Shown: positions 25,173 to 36,257, counted from the stretch's first letter. The stretch is DNA of 36,257 nt from Intoshia linei (GCA_001642005.1 LWCA01000257.1:1-36257); one strand, 5' to 3'. The notes: generated by a model not told the origin, from the sequence alone. Translations and numbers: made by a program.

Positions 25173-25693
25173 TAAGAATTGTTAGTTACGTTTTTATCAT
25201 TAAATTTTAAATGTACATTACTTATTTTTATTTTTAAAAATAGTAAAACTAATTATTTTAAAGATATTGGAATTCTTTGTAATTGGATTCAATACTCAAA
25301 ATCACTTAAAGATATAAAAAATTAGGTTGTATCAAAGCAGTATCAGTAAGTCATAGTTGATTCATATTAAAAAAAAATTGTTCATGTCCACTGAGCATTT
25401 CCCACTGCAATTTCATTTACTTTTTTTTAAATGTACACAAATAATTTTGATCTAATTTAATCAAGTAATAACTGATACAAATTTTGGATTTGAATTTCGA
25501 CATGTATTGTCGTATCTCTATACCTCCAGATAAACATATGCGACAGAACAATACTATTAATGAAACTAGACTGATTTGCTAGATACGTATCTATACAACG
25601 TTTCACTCAATAAAGGTGCATTTATACATTTTTATTTGAATTCTAATACAATAAGATTACGATTAGCGTATAAAAGAAACGAACCCTTTATAT

Positions 25694-25979
25694 ATGATTA
25701 CTGATACTACTGAAAATAGTAATATCAACTATAGCATGATTTATTTAACATTATTTAGCTGTAACAGAAGTTTATGATAAATTGAAGATTGAGAAAAACG
25801 AAACTGGTGCGTTTTTATTGATTTATATCTTGTCATCGTTTTTTTAGAAGACAAAGAAGTTATTGTCGATAATAAGGGTTATATTGAGAGTAAATATTTG
25901 CTAATGTATTCTAGATTCGGATGGGGTAAGCGATAAAAAAGAAAAGAAAAGGTCTAAAAAGAAGAAGAAGAAACGAAGA
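25694..25979 (+). CDS. Four short in-phase exons encoding an acidic then poly-Lys peptide; either the 5' extension of eIF1 or a separate small gene ending at TGA 26019-26021
   Basis: Exons 25694-25718, 25759-25806, 25848-25877 and 25915-25979, with GT-AG introns of 40, 41 and 37 nt (the typical size here). Peptide MITDTTENTVTEVYDKLKIEKNETEDKEVIVDNKDSDGVSDKKEKKRSKKKKKKRR, followed by a phase-0 donor-like gtaatt at 25980. Confidence 0.6.
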
Positions 25980-26490
25980 GTAATTTCTTGGTCACTATTT
26001 AAACCGTTATTGCTAAAGTGACGTTTTAATGATGTATAAAATTGAGGTTTAATAGTCTAATTACTTCCTTTACAATTTACTAATTAATGAGGATGAAATT
26101 GTTTACATTTTTTTTAAATTACATAATTAATTATCACACTTCTTCTAAACTAAATTACTGTTATTTGTCTAATTCCCCTTTTGAATCGTTATTGAAAGTT
26201 TTTTGTATACAAGTTTCCCTGGATCTGGGAATATTGTATAGATTTAATCTAAAATGATTGGATGGTATCAGATTCATATATAGAGTCCGGCCCGTTTTGA
26301 GGTATGCTTAGTTTTTGGGGCACTTTTTCAGAATTATATTAATTTTATAGTATTTTTATCGATGTCATAGCAATATATGTGAAATTAACCCCGCTTTTGG
26401 GGCAAAAATGTTGTAAATATATAAGTATAATTACTATAGTGATGACATTAATTTAAAATTATATTTATTTAAATATTAAACATGTAAATT

Positions 26491-27250
26491 TTGGATTATG
26501 AAACTAAATTCGAAATAGCAAATATTTTAAAAGAAGGGAAAATTTCTGAACGAAAATTATGTGAAATAGATAATACAAGTAAAGGAATAATTTCCCGAAT
26601 TAAGAAATTAATGGTTCCAATTTTAAACAATAATATTTTAAATTCGATTGATGTAAATGTACCAAGTACCTCGTCCAATTTAGATAAAGTAGTACTTTAT
26701 TTTATACGTTTGTTGATTAGGATAAATTGGTTTATGAAGCTTTTCTAACATTGAGAGAACACTATCTGTTACAGGTACAACGTTAAAAGTAATTGGGCTA
26801 AATGTAGCCAAAAAATTGCAAATTTTGCCGTGTCTAATGGATGATTTTGGCGTTTTAAAATAAAACACGATTTATTATTTAAATGCTTATATGGTAAAAG
26901 GAAATCATCCGATAAAACACAATTGAATAAATTTTACGTTGATTTAAAATCGAAATATAAAAAAGATAATATATTGTGACGAATCTGCATTATATGTATA
27001 TAATCTGCCATCTAAATCTTTCATAGAAAAAAGTAAAAAGCAACGAAAAAATCAGACTCCTTCTTTGCAGTTTAACTGGTAACAATTTTCATCGATTGAT
27101 AGTTGGAAAAGCTAAAAATACTTGATGCATGAAAAATATTTTTTTAGTGATTTTGGAGTTTTATATGTCTCATCTAAAACGCTTGGGTGACAAATGACAT
27201 TTTTCATGCTTAGTTGACGATAATAAATAATAATATGATTGCGGAAAATT
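26491..27250 (+). pseudogene. Decayed pogo/Tigger-type transposase (HTH, CENP-B HTH and start of the DDE_1 domain)
   Basis: LDYETKFEIANILKEGKISERKLCEI...KGIISRIKK, then frameshifted VTGTTLKVIGLNVAKKL..SNG*FWRFKIKH, CDESALYVYNLPSKS, LIVGKAKN and AWVTNDIF. Multiple stops and frameshifts. Confidence 0.75.
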
Positions 27251-27394
27251 ATAATTATAATTGTTTGAGGGAATATTTATCCGTACTACGGACCCCCATT
27301 TACAATATTTTTAATTTTTTTGAATCCTAAAGTAAACATGAAATATAAAACATTTATGAAAAAATTAAATGTTTTTTTTCTTAAGTTATAGTAA

Positions 27395-27500
27395 AATCGT
27401 GTTTTTCAAAAATAATAGGAAGGAGATATTTTCCTTAAATGTTTGTAAAATGGGATTTTTCAAAAAAATATTGGTAAAAGTCGATTTTTCCCTGAGGCTT
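27395..27500. repeat. Degenerate remnant of the 29-bp array family (another at about 29690-29830)
   Basis: Reverse-oriented units TTGGTAAAAGTCGATTTTTCCCT and GTTTGTAAAATGGGATTTTT. Confidence 0.5.
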
Positions 27501-28019
27501 TCAAGTAGTATTTTTTATTAATTTTTTAAATAATAATGTATCGATTGCCTAGGCTTGGTTATAAATTTCCTACATTTTATTAGATAGATATTATTACATA
27601 TTTTATTAGATCATTTTTGGCAAAAGTTAATTTGAATTATTTACCAATCTTAACATGTTCTTGGATCGATCAGAAAATTTAATTAATTTTAGACCTAAAG
27701 TAGAAATTTCTTGTATATATTCAAATAAATATGATGTGCAAATTTAGCACTGCCAAATAATAACCAAATAATTATAGTTTTTTAAATTTTAAATTAGCGA
27801 ATTTTTAAAATATAAATTATACTTATACCTGTGACCACTAGAATTGTGCTATATGATATTAATCATGACCTTTTAATTTTAATTCAATTTTTATTATACA
27901 CTAAATCTTTAATGAAATTTAATTCGAACTCAAAAAACTTGTCCATGTTGCTCAACGTGTGAACACTGCATACATTGTATTATGAGATTGAATATTTCAA
28001 ATAGTAATGATACTTTTAA

Positions 28020-28233
28020 CCCTTTCACTGTCTGTGTATTCGATACTATACACAGCAATTTCACTTTACACGTCTGTGTATTATATGATATACACAGCAT
28101 AATTTTTAAAAACTTTATTTTTTTATTTTTATACATTTTGACATAGGTAATTTAAAAATAATACAAGTTTAAATTAAAACAAATTCCAGACGTGTGGTGA
28201 TGCATCATAAAATAGTATTAGACAGTGAAAGGG
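28020..28233. mobile_element. piggyBac-type MITE
   Basis: TTAA|CCCTTTCACTGTCT ... AGACAGTGAAAGGG|TTAA: 14-bp perfect TIR, plus two subterminal CTGTGTAT..ATACACAG palindromes. Confidence 0.85.
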
Positions 28234-28237
28234 TTAA

Positions 28238-28740
28238 CCCTTCCGAAACAATTGCATGTATAGATGCCAAAACCATACTCATAAATTTACATTTGTTTTT
28301 TATAGATGCCAAAACTACACTCATAAATTTACATTGGTTTGTATACAAACCAAAATAAGGCGGTAACAATATAAATTATGAACAAATTACTGCTCATACA
28401 ATTAATTTCATTATTATCTTCATTATTTCGTTAGTTCTTATTCTAATTATTGATATAAACATTGTTATATACACATAATTTATTTTATTTACAGTGATGA
28501 TTCATAATTAATTATAATTACTGTTATTGTAAATTTAAAATAAATAATGTGAAAATTTTTCAAAATTACTGTTAATTTTTTAAATATACTGTGAATTGAA
28601 GTAATGTTACTGTTAAATGAAGTTGGTTTACTGTTCAATAACATTTCTTAATTTTAAGCTGTAAATTTTAGTGTTTTTTAACATTTCAAAAGTGAAATTT
28701 TTTGCTTTCTATTTTGAAAATCAGCATAGTCTCGTAAGTG
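28238..28740. mobile_element. Older piggyBac-type element sharing the TTAA site of the preceding MITE
   Basis: TTAA|CCCTTCCGAAACAATTGCATG ... CAGCATAGTCTCGTAAGTG|TTAA (degenerate TIR). Internal 42-bp tandem duplication at 28259-28341. Confidence 0.55.
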
Positions 28741-29146
28741 TTAAATTGGAAATATTGCTGCAAAAATGTTTCATTTTTATTTGACATAAAAGTCAATACA
28801 TTTTTTGAGTGTTGAACATGTTCGTTATTTAAATATCGTTTCAGTTTGGCTGGTTACGTACTCTATTTATATAATTCATTAAGAAAAAGGACAAATAAAT
28901 TATGTGACATAATGGTTGTTCACGATCATTGATATTGAAAGATATGAATCTCTTAAAAAATTTTTTAATATAATCATACATATTTATTTGGATAAAATAC
29001 AATTTAACACATTTCGCCATTTTTTTTTAGTTTGATAAGGCTTAAAAATAATGTTTGTATATTACAAAGGTATAAAAGCTTCATATTTACTAGCAAACTT
29101 TAAAATTTTCGTGTGAGTGATTATAATTCGAACCACTACCCTAGTG

Positions 29147-29452
29147 CAGTTTTCCCAACAATTTTGAACAATCTTTGCTGTCAGTTTGTAAACATTTTAA
29201 CAATAACACGTCTTATGAATAAATATAATTGATTCTTCCACAGTATGTGCAGATATATTGAATTAAATTTATTTGTATCCATATCGGTTATTATTACATT
29301 ACTGTTAATTAGTAGTACGTTTCAGATGAAGAAAATTATCGTATATTAAATGTATTATTATATTTAATTGTAAATGTATATTTTTATTTTTTTCTCAAAT
29401 ATGAAATAAGTTTTTATCATAAAATTTAAAAATCCCCATTTAGAAATCACTG
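29147..29452. mobile_element. hAT MITE (degenerate)
   Basis: CCCTAGTG|CAGTTTTCCCAA ... TTAGAAATCACTG|CCCTAGTC: 8-bp TSD with 1 mismatch. Confidence 0.7.
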
Positions 29453-30188
29453 CCCTAGTCTACAACACAACCTTGTGTTACTTTAGTCGGTTACATATCG
29501 AAATTAGTATTTATCGGTAATATGTAATTTAATTAAAATTATAGTGAGATGGATGAGCTTCATTATTTAGTACAATATTTGTTATATTCGTTAACTTTAG
29601 ACGTAAATTTCGATTTAATTTCAAATTATTTAATTAACGCGCATTTAATATATTTATTGGGAATTTTTCTTTTATGGATGGTAAAATTGTATTTTTTCAA
29701 AAAAATATTGAAAAATGGGTATTTTTCCCATAAGGGTTATTAGAATAGGATTTTTTCTTATTAGATTTGGTAAAAACTGATTTTTCAAAAAAATATTAAA
29801 AAATGGATTTTCACTTAAGGGGTAAGTAAATTTGCATTATCTCTTTTTGAGTTGGATTTAGTGGTGTTTTATCCTTAATAATATTATATTAATTCCTGAA
29901 ATAATACATTAATTTAATGGTGGACCCCTTTCAGAAGCACTGCATTAGAATATTTATTTAGAATTTGTGTCAGAATAAAAAATATTTTAAATTAATTTTA
30001 TTATTGTTTATATTACTAATTATCAAATTTGCGTTAATTTAAAAAATTGAGCCCTCTATGGTAATTCAAACTTGGTAGGTTTCTGAAAATAAAAATACAT
30101 CGGATAAATACCTTTTTCTATACTTGTACAAAATGTTACTTTATCAATAGCGTTGTTAATTTTATGTCTGTTTATTTTAATTGTTTAG

Positions 30189-31899
30189 GTTTCAGATGAC
30201 GAGGATGATGGTGCATTTACAATTGAAAACTTGACTACAACTGGTAATTATTAGCCTAATTTGCTTTTTAATTGTTTTCTGGTGTCATACATTGTATTTT
30301 AATAATTATAATAGATGCATTCGCTGTTGAAAATAACAATATAGGAAACACAAGTGATGGTTATGTTCATATTAGAATCCAACAGAGAAATGGACGTAAG
30401 ACTCTTACAACTGTCCAAGGAATATCAGACGCTTATGATTTGAAATTGATTGTTAAGCACTGCAAAAAGGTTTGTTCATATCATATCACACCTTGATGTA
30501 TAATAAAAATAAATCGCATCCAATGTGCTTTAATCATTACTTATAAAATGAAATGTGTCTGAAATGTTGAAATTTCTGAACTTTTTATATTTACTGTCAA
30601 AAATGGATACTACCATTTTAGTAATCAACATATTGCAGTGTTAATTATAATGTTCTATTTGACTTTTTGACAAAAATGATGTTTTTGATGAAAAATGTAA
30701 ATCATTTTACATTTTACCAAAAAAATAAGCTTGAAAACGTATTATTTTATGATATAACGAACATTTACTGGTTTAATTACTAAATCTCGACTTGATAATT
30801 CCTTACAAAATTATCAAATTCCTATTAAAAATAACCACAGATTCTAAAAAGAAAGATATTAAAAGTATGTTAATCAAAATGGACAATTAGATAAGAATTT
30901 TATAATTTATACATATAAATTGATAAAAATTAATTTTGATTATAAAAATATTAAATGTTAACAGTTTCTATAGAATAATGTCCTATTTGGTAATTTTTTC
31001 AAATCGAATAGACTGATTGTTCCATTAGTGAAATTTTAGTTCTGAAAAACACTTATGTTTTTATTTTTATCGTACGAAACTTTTCAATATACATATACAT
31101 TTGCAAAGTACTTTAAGAAATATTAACAAACTAAATTGTATAATTAAATTTCAATATAAAAATTATATTTTAGGCAATATAGTACTTTTAAACTTTAAAT
31201 TCGATTTATGCAAATAGACCATTATAACTCTAACACTGCGAAATTCAAATCCTTTTATGTAACATAAATACATTCTTGTATTTGATATAAAATGTGGAGA
31301 GATTTTTTGGTATCAGTTGAGACATTTGTATCAGTTTTCTTTTAATATACTTGACGAGGGTCACAACATTTGTTGATATTGAGTTAAATTCTGGTTAAAT
31401 CGGAATTAAGTCGGAATGTTTCTCTGATAAACAAATGAATTAATTTAAATGGCGCTTGGGTTTGTGCAACCGAATTTGGTTCAAATTAATTAATAATTAA
31501 AATGCTAACTATAAAAACTACTTTTTGATACAAATGAACATTATGGTGGGAATTTATCTTCATAATTAAATTGGTATTGCATTTACTATTTAAATCAAAA
31601 GAATTACAGTAATATATAAATCAAGTAATACGTGTAATCAAAGAAAAATATTACAAATTAAACTTTACTTTAATGTTGTTGATTTGACTATTTGATTACA
31701 TTTATAAATTAGAAATTTTCTTGTAATGGAAGTGTGATTGAACGTGAAGAATTTGGACAAGTTATGCAATTTCAAGGCGATCAACGAAAAAACCTTTCAG
31801 ATTATTTGTCTAAACACGGCCTTTGCCCTAAAAACTCAATAAAGGCAAGTTGTAAACTATTTTTATTTTAACTAGATTATTTAGCTTCATGGATTCTAA
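30189..31899 (+). CDS. EIF1: Eukaryotic translation initiation factor eIF1/SUI1 (core exons; the start codon must lie in an upstream exon)
   Basis: Exons 30189-30243, 30315-30469, 31713-31844 and 31885-31899 give VSDDEDDGAFTIENLTTTDAFA...YVHIRIQQRNGRKTLTTVQGI...KKKFSCNGSVIEREEFGQVMQFQGDQRKN...IKLHGF*, matching eIF1 hallmark motifs. The last intron is GC-AG. Confidence 0.93.
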
Positions 31900-32243
31900 T
31901 TTTACAAACTGCATGTTAAATTTATTCTTAATTAAACTTTAACTTATTTTAATTGTTTTATATATTATAGCTATCGAATAATCCCATGATTCGTGTCACA
32001 AATGAATAAGGCCATATAAAATATTGTTCTAGTTATATTGATCATGTATTGTTTCATTACTAGTTTTTTGGTTTACTATATCCACTGGAAGATAAAACGC
32101 TGTTTGAGATAAGAAATTATCTAGCTTGAATCATTTAAAAATATATTTTTCATTATGTATATAACATTGTAAATGAATGTTTCATTTAAACTAACTTACG
32201 TTTAGTTACTTAATATCTACAAACTGCGGGTAATTTTTAAAAA

Positions 32244-33211
32244 ATGGACTTTAATGAACGTAAAGAAAACTTGAAGAACTTGGTACCGAAATATAAAGTA
32301 AACTCCAACTCAATATCCTTTTCACCTTCAATATGTGACTTTAGAGGAATTCCATTGGGTATGATTCATTAAATGACCTTTTGTCAAAACGACCTGTTTC
32401 CCGAGAAACTTGATTAATTAAAAATTGCTTTGTCAAATCAAGCATCACATGCTGAATTTTTAATCATCGATTATTTAAATTAACCTGGAGTTACGTTTTA
32501 AATATTGATTATCTCTATTATTCCAATATTTAAAGTATTAATATTAATACCGTTTGTTTCAATGGAACTGTCACTTGTATTTGTTGATTAAGATATGAAT
32601 ATACTTTAATTCAAATTCAACAAATTGTGTACTTAATTTCCACTGATATTTTGTTCTGAATAATGAGCTTTTTAAATAAGACTATTAAAAAATTGAAAAA
32701 CAGAAGTCGGGACGTGCTATATACATTACTAGAACCATCTGAAAGCACTAACCCAAATAGCAAAATTATCGACATAATTTTTAGTATCATTTAGTTTTTA
32801 TAAGCTACAATTATGCAAGATTTTGCATATAAAGTTGAACCAATTTTAAGTAGTTTGTATTTAGAAAAAACCGAACTGACTAGCAAAGTTGAAGAAATAT
32901 TGAAAAAAGACGATGATTATCACCACAATCACCCGATATTTTGCGAATTAATTGAATTGAGACATTGCAAAAAATCAGAGACTCAAGTTGAATGGGTTGA
33001 AACTGCTAGGTATTTTCAAATGCCATTTAATATTATAATTTAAAATGTAGATGGATTAAATTTGAGGAAGATGTAGACGAAGAAGGCCAACGCTGGTCTA
33101 AACCACACGTTGCAACAATATCCCTTCGATCAATCATTGAAGTTAGAAAATCAATAAATTGTGGGACAGTAATACTTGATTTAGAAGTAGATTCATTTGA
33201 AAAATTAGTCG
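32244..33211 (+). CDS. SLC4-family anion exchanger / Na-bicarbonate cotransporter, N-terminal cytoplasmic domain, 3'-partial
   Basis: Exons 32805-33009 and 33051-33211 give IFCELIEL...EWVETAR/WIKFEEDVDEEGQRWSKPHVATISLRSIIEVR...GTVILDL, the SLC4 signature. Putative upstream exons 32244-32297, 32345-32358 and 32704-(32759 or 32783) are less certain. No further exon was found in the window. Confidence 0.88.
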
Positions 33212-34539
33212 GTAGAATTCATTTTATTATAAACCCAACGTCGTAATTGTGACCCAAATTAATAGTTTACAAAAATATCAAGTTACACCAAGCACAGCAG
33301 TGCACTGGTATAGGAATACTAATTTTAGTATTCATATCTAGTTTATTTACTTTTTCGAAATAATGGTTGAACTTTTAATTGGAATAAGGATTATAATATT
33401 GTTTCATTTTGATTCAATTTGACGGAAAATTATAATAATATATAATTGATCATTAATTAATGTACATTTTTATATTTTTGAATTCGGTTCCTAGGGATGA
33501 TTGATATAAATGACATGATATGGAATTAAACTATTTAAACTTGTAGCTTTGAATGATTTTATTAATTTTTTGCATTGAGGTAGGTGATTTTTAAGGGTGA
33601 CAAGACCCTTCAAAAATTTATAATTGTCATTAATCTCTCATTGCAGGGCTTTTCACACTTTTTTCACGGCGGGCGGTAATAAATTATAAAATTTATCGCG
33701 GATCATTAAAGCGAAATTATTGGGGAATATTAAAAAAAATTGATAAAAACGTAATAAATTGACTTTTAATTAGGAAACCAAAATTTTAAGGTACGTGTAC
33801 TGGTCCGAGGACCGGCCTTTGGGAAATGTTATCTTATATCAATTTCTTTTATAAAATAACTATAATCATAAAAAATTTGTTAAAAAATTAAATGCTGGGT
33901 GCACGGTTCAGGAACATTTCAATATTCTCAAATCTAAATTGACATTTACAATGTATTTAATTACGTGGACTCCAAGGCCACACACCACGTTAAGAATGCT
34001 TGCCCTATGATACCAAGACCAAGACAATGTTTTATTTGTAGATTTGTGATCCAATTTATTTTTTTAATAAGGGGTGGCTCCACCTCCAAAGCTTCGATTA
34101 CAATAATACTTGTACTAAACACCTATGAAAAAAGTAATAGATTCGACTTCTACGTTTTTCGGGAATCCCGATTTGTTTAAAGAGTATTCAAAAGTCATTA
34201 TGCTATCATTTATGGTTTTTATCTCAAAGCATATAAATTCATAAACAATGAGGCTTAAGCACTTTTAAAGTAAAAAAGTGCGATTTACATACATTATGTA
34301 TAGTAAATTATTTCTTACTACCTAAAAATTTTATATATTTATAACATCATTGAATTTTGTGCTAAATATTTCGAAATTTTTATTTAATCTCAAGATATTC
34401 GTTAAATATTCAAATACAAAATTGGAATTTTAGGGTTAATCACTTTTCTCTTAAGCATTGTAATGTAACCATTAAGTTCCACAAAAATAAAATATTAAAA
34501 GATCAATAACGTTTGTATTAACAAAGTAAATATTATGTA

Positions 34540-35205
34540 CAGTGCGCGCAATAAACATAGGTCCAACCGATTTATATTATTTTTTAGTCTATTAACATTA
34601 ATTTTCATGAATATTTCATTTCTATTAAAAAAGGTATTAAAAAGTACGCTTGTTGATACCATTATTTTTCTTCTCCCACCTTTATATGAAAAGTTATCAC
34701 ATAAATCGCTAATTAGCCGCGAAATAAACATAGGACACTTCAAATTAAAATCAATTTTTTATACTATAATTAAATTTAAAAATGTTATTATCATTTTCAT
34801 TATGTTTATATATATAGTATCTTCTCAATAATATATAATTTATTTATTTATGTATATTTTAGCAATGGACAGACATGGATCCTTATTTTTAAATTGCCTG
34901 CCATTTTTGTATACGGACCTTGCCAAAATTCCCCATAAGTTTTCTATTGGGTTAAGGTCAGAAGACTTCGATGCCCAGTTCATTACATTAACAGAATGTT
35001 CTTCAATCAATGTTTTGACTTTACCAGAAGTGTGGATTGGAGCATTATCTTGTTAAAAAATATAATCTGCACCATAATGAATGTGAGCAAAACAAGCTTA
35101 CTTTTTAATACCTTTTTTAATAGAAATGAAATATTCATGAAAATTAATGTTAATAGACCAAAAAATAATATAAATCGGTTGGACCTATGTTTATTGCGCG
35201 CACTG
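34540..35205 (-). mobile_element. Tc1/Tc3-type (DD34E) internal-deletion derivative
   Basis: TA|CAGTGCGCGCAATAAAC ... GTTTATTGCGCGCACTG|TA, with ~115-bp near-perfect TIRs. Minus-strand remnant DYIF*QDNAPIHTSGKVKTLIEEHSVNVMNWASKSSDLNPIENLWGILARSVYKNGRQF has exactly 34 residues between D and E. Confidence 0.93.
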
Positions 35206-35550
35206 TACGACATTTACAATTATTTAAGCATTTGCAATGTATTTATCTCGATGATTAGGTTACTAATTTCATCACTTACTTTACGTCTATAGATAAAAAC
35301 ATAGGTAATATTTTGTAAAACTTGGGAGGAAATATTTAAATAGTTTAATTAGTGAAATTGTATTAAAATAAAAGGAAAAAGATCAATAACTATTGAACGA
35401 TCATAATCAGCATGGGAGAAACTGGGTTAAATTTAACTTAAATTAGATTAAATTAATACACACATGTATAATCAGTTATATTTATTAATGTTATATTATT
35501 TAATTTATTATTAATGTCAATTTAACATTTTTTTAGATTTTAATCTATAA

Positions 35551-35818
35551 CAGGGTGTCAATTATGCGGCCCGCGTTATAACAAAATTTTTTACCTCTAT
35601 TTCTTTGTTTACATATTTTTCATGATTTATTTATTCCTGATTAAAATTTTAGCATTAGTTATGCATTTATTCCATTATTGTTTCTTATTTCATTTTATTA
35701 ATTAATTAAAATTGTTAGTTTAATAATGATTTGAGTAAACAAATTTTTTTTTGCGGTATGCGTAATAATTTTTTTTGTCACATTTGGCCCGCCAAGCAAA
35801 TTAAGTCTGACATCCCTG
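35551..35818. mobile_element. hAT-like MITE
   Basis: CAGGGTGTCAATTATGCGGCCCGCG ... TGGCCCGCC...CTGACATCCCTG. TSD not intact. Confidence 0.65.
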
Positions 35819-36047
35819 TATATATCCATAATGATTGTAAACCTTAATAACTTGTATCAGGATTTTAATAAAAATTTAATTTTAAATAATAAATTATATA
35901 TATTATAGTTGTTAAATCAATGTTTAATTAATTAAGATGTCATTATTATGTTAGGGATTCGTTTTTAAAGCATGACTTTGATTTAATGCTTAATCCAGTG
36001 TTCAATATACATCAAACTGGATCGAGAATCGCCACGTAGATATAATA

Positions 36048-36257
36048 CAGTGCCGTGCAAAATAAACTGGCATGTAAATTAAAATTTACATAAATTATAA
36101 TAAAATGTTGAAATTGTGACCATCAATTATATACAATCAAATAAAATAAATTAATAATTTGTAGAAGCTCCTTTACATTTTATTACTGAATTTATTCTTC
36201 GAAGTATGGATTCATATAAATTTTTTATTATGGAAAATTCAATCTTCATCCATTCTT
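36048..36257 (-). mobile_element. 3' end of a Tc1-family transposon running out of the window
   Basis: TA|CAGTGCCGTGCAAAA terminus. The minus strand reads EWMKIEFSIIKNLYESILRRINSVINVK(GAST)..Y*, matching the Tc1 transposase C-terminus (W..I....I..L..SMPRR...VI..KG..T.Y) with a small frameshift. Confidence 0.8.

Noticed and set aside
25170-25666. TAG stop-codon reassignment
   Set aside because: No in-frame TAG was needed in any conserved exon of the identified genes; the standard code explains everything.
30058-30085. ATG|gtaatt as the definitive eIF1 first exon
   Set aside because: It is phase-compatible but adjoins a repeat remnant (ATTCAAACTTGGTAGGTT, similar to 17320-17340 and to the reverse complement of 19015-19040). 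Kept only as an alternative model.
33698-33708. GCGGATCATTA resembling the 18S rRNA 3' end
   Set aside because: Only a short match, with no flanking rRNA sequence.
34495-35292. Pairs of similar short ORFs on opposite strands
   Set aside because: Artefact of the Tc1 terminal inverted repeats. The real coding remnant is the minus-strand DD34E fragment.

Overview
Very AT-rich eukaryotic (metazoan) genomic DNA, not prokaryotic. The ORF track is fragmentary because the genes are split by many tiny GT-AG introns (mostly 32-63 nt), plus a few kb-scale introns filled with DNA-transposon debris. Genes spliced by hand: the 3' part of a single-PDZ LAP protein (Erbin/Densin/LET-413 type, +), a minimal LIM-homeobox gene (Lhx1/5-like, -), RBM19/MRD1 (25 exons, -), a small acidic orphan gene (+), AP-3 beta subunit (18 exons, apparently without the C-terminal ear, +), eIF1/SUI1 (+) and the 5' part of an SLC4 bicarbonate transporter (+). 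Mobile DNA includes hAT MITEs with 8-bp TSDs, piggyBac-type TTAA MITEs, a DD34E Tc1/Tc3 deletion derivative, a second Tc1 end, a decayed pogo/Tigger transposase and a foldback family carrying 29-bp tandem arrays. The most unusual signal is eIF1: its canonical initiator Met is replaced by Phe, and an in-phase chain of upstream exons could add a 65-aa acidic/poly-Lys N-terminal extension across a 4.2-kb TE-filled intron. The intron sizes and compact gene spacing suggest a reduced parasitic animal genome such as an orthonectid; this is inference only. I found no CRISPR array, rRNA or tRNA, and no firm evidence for a new multi-gene system.
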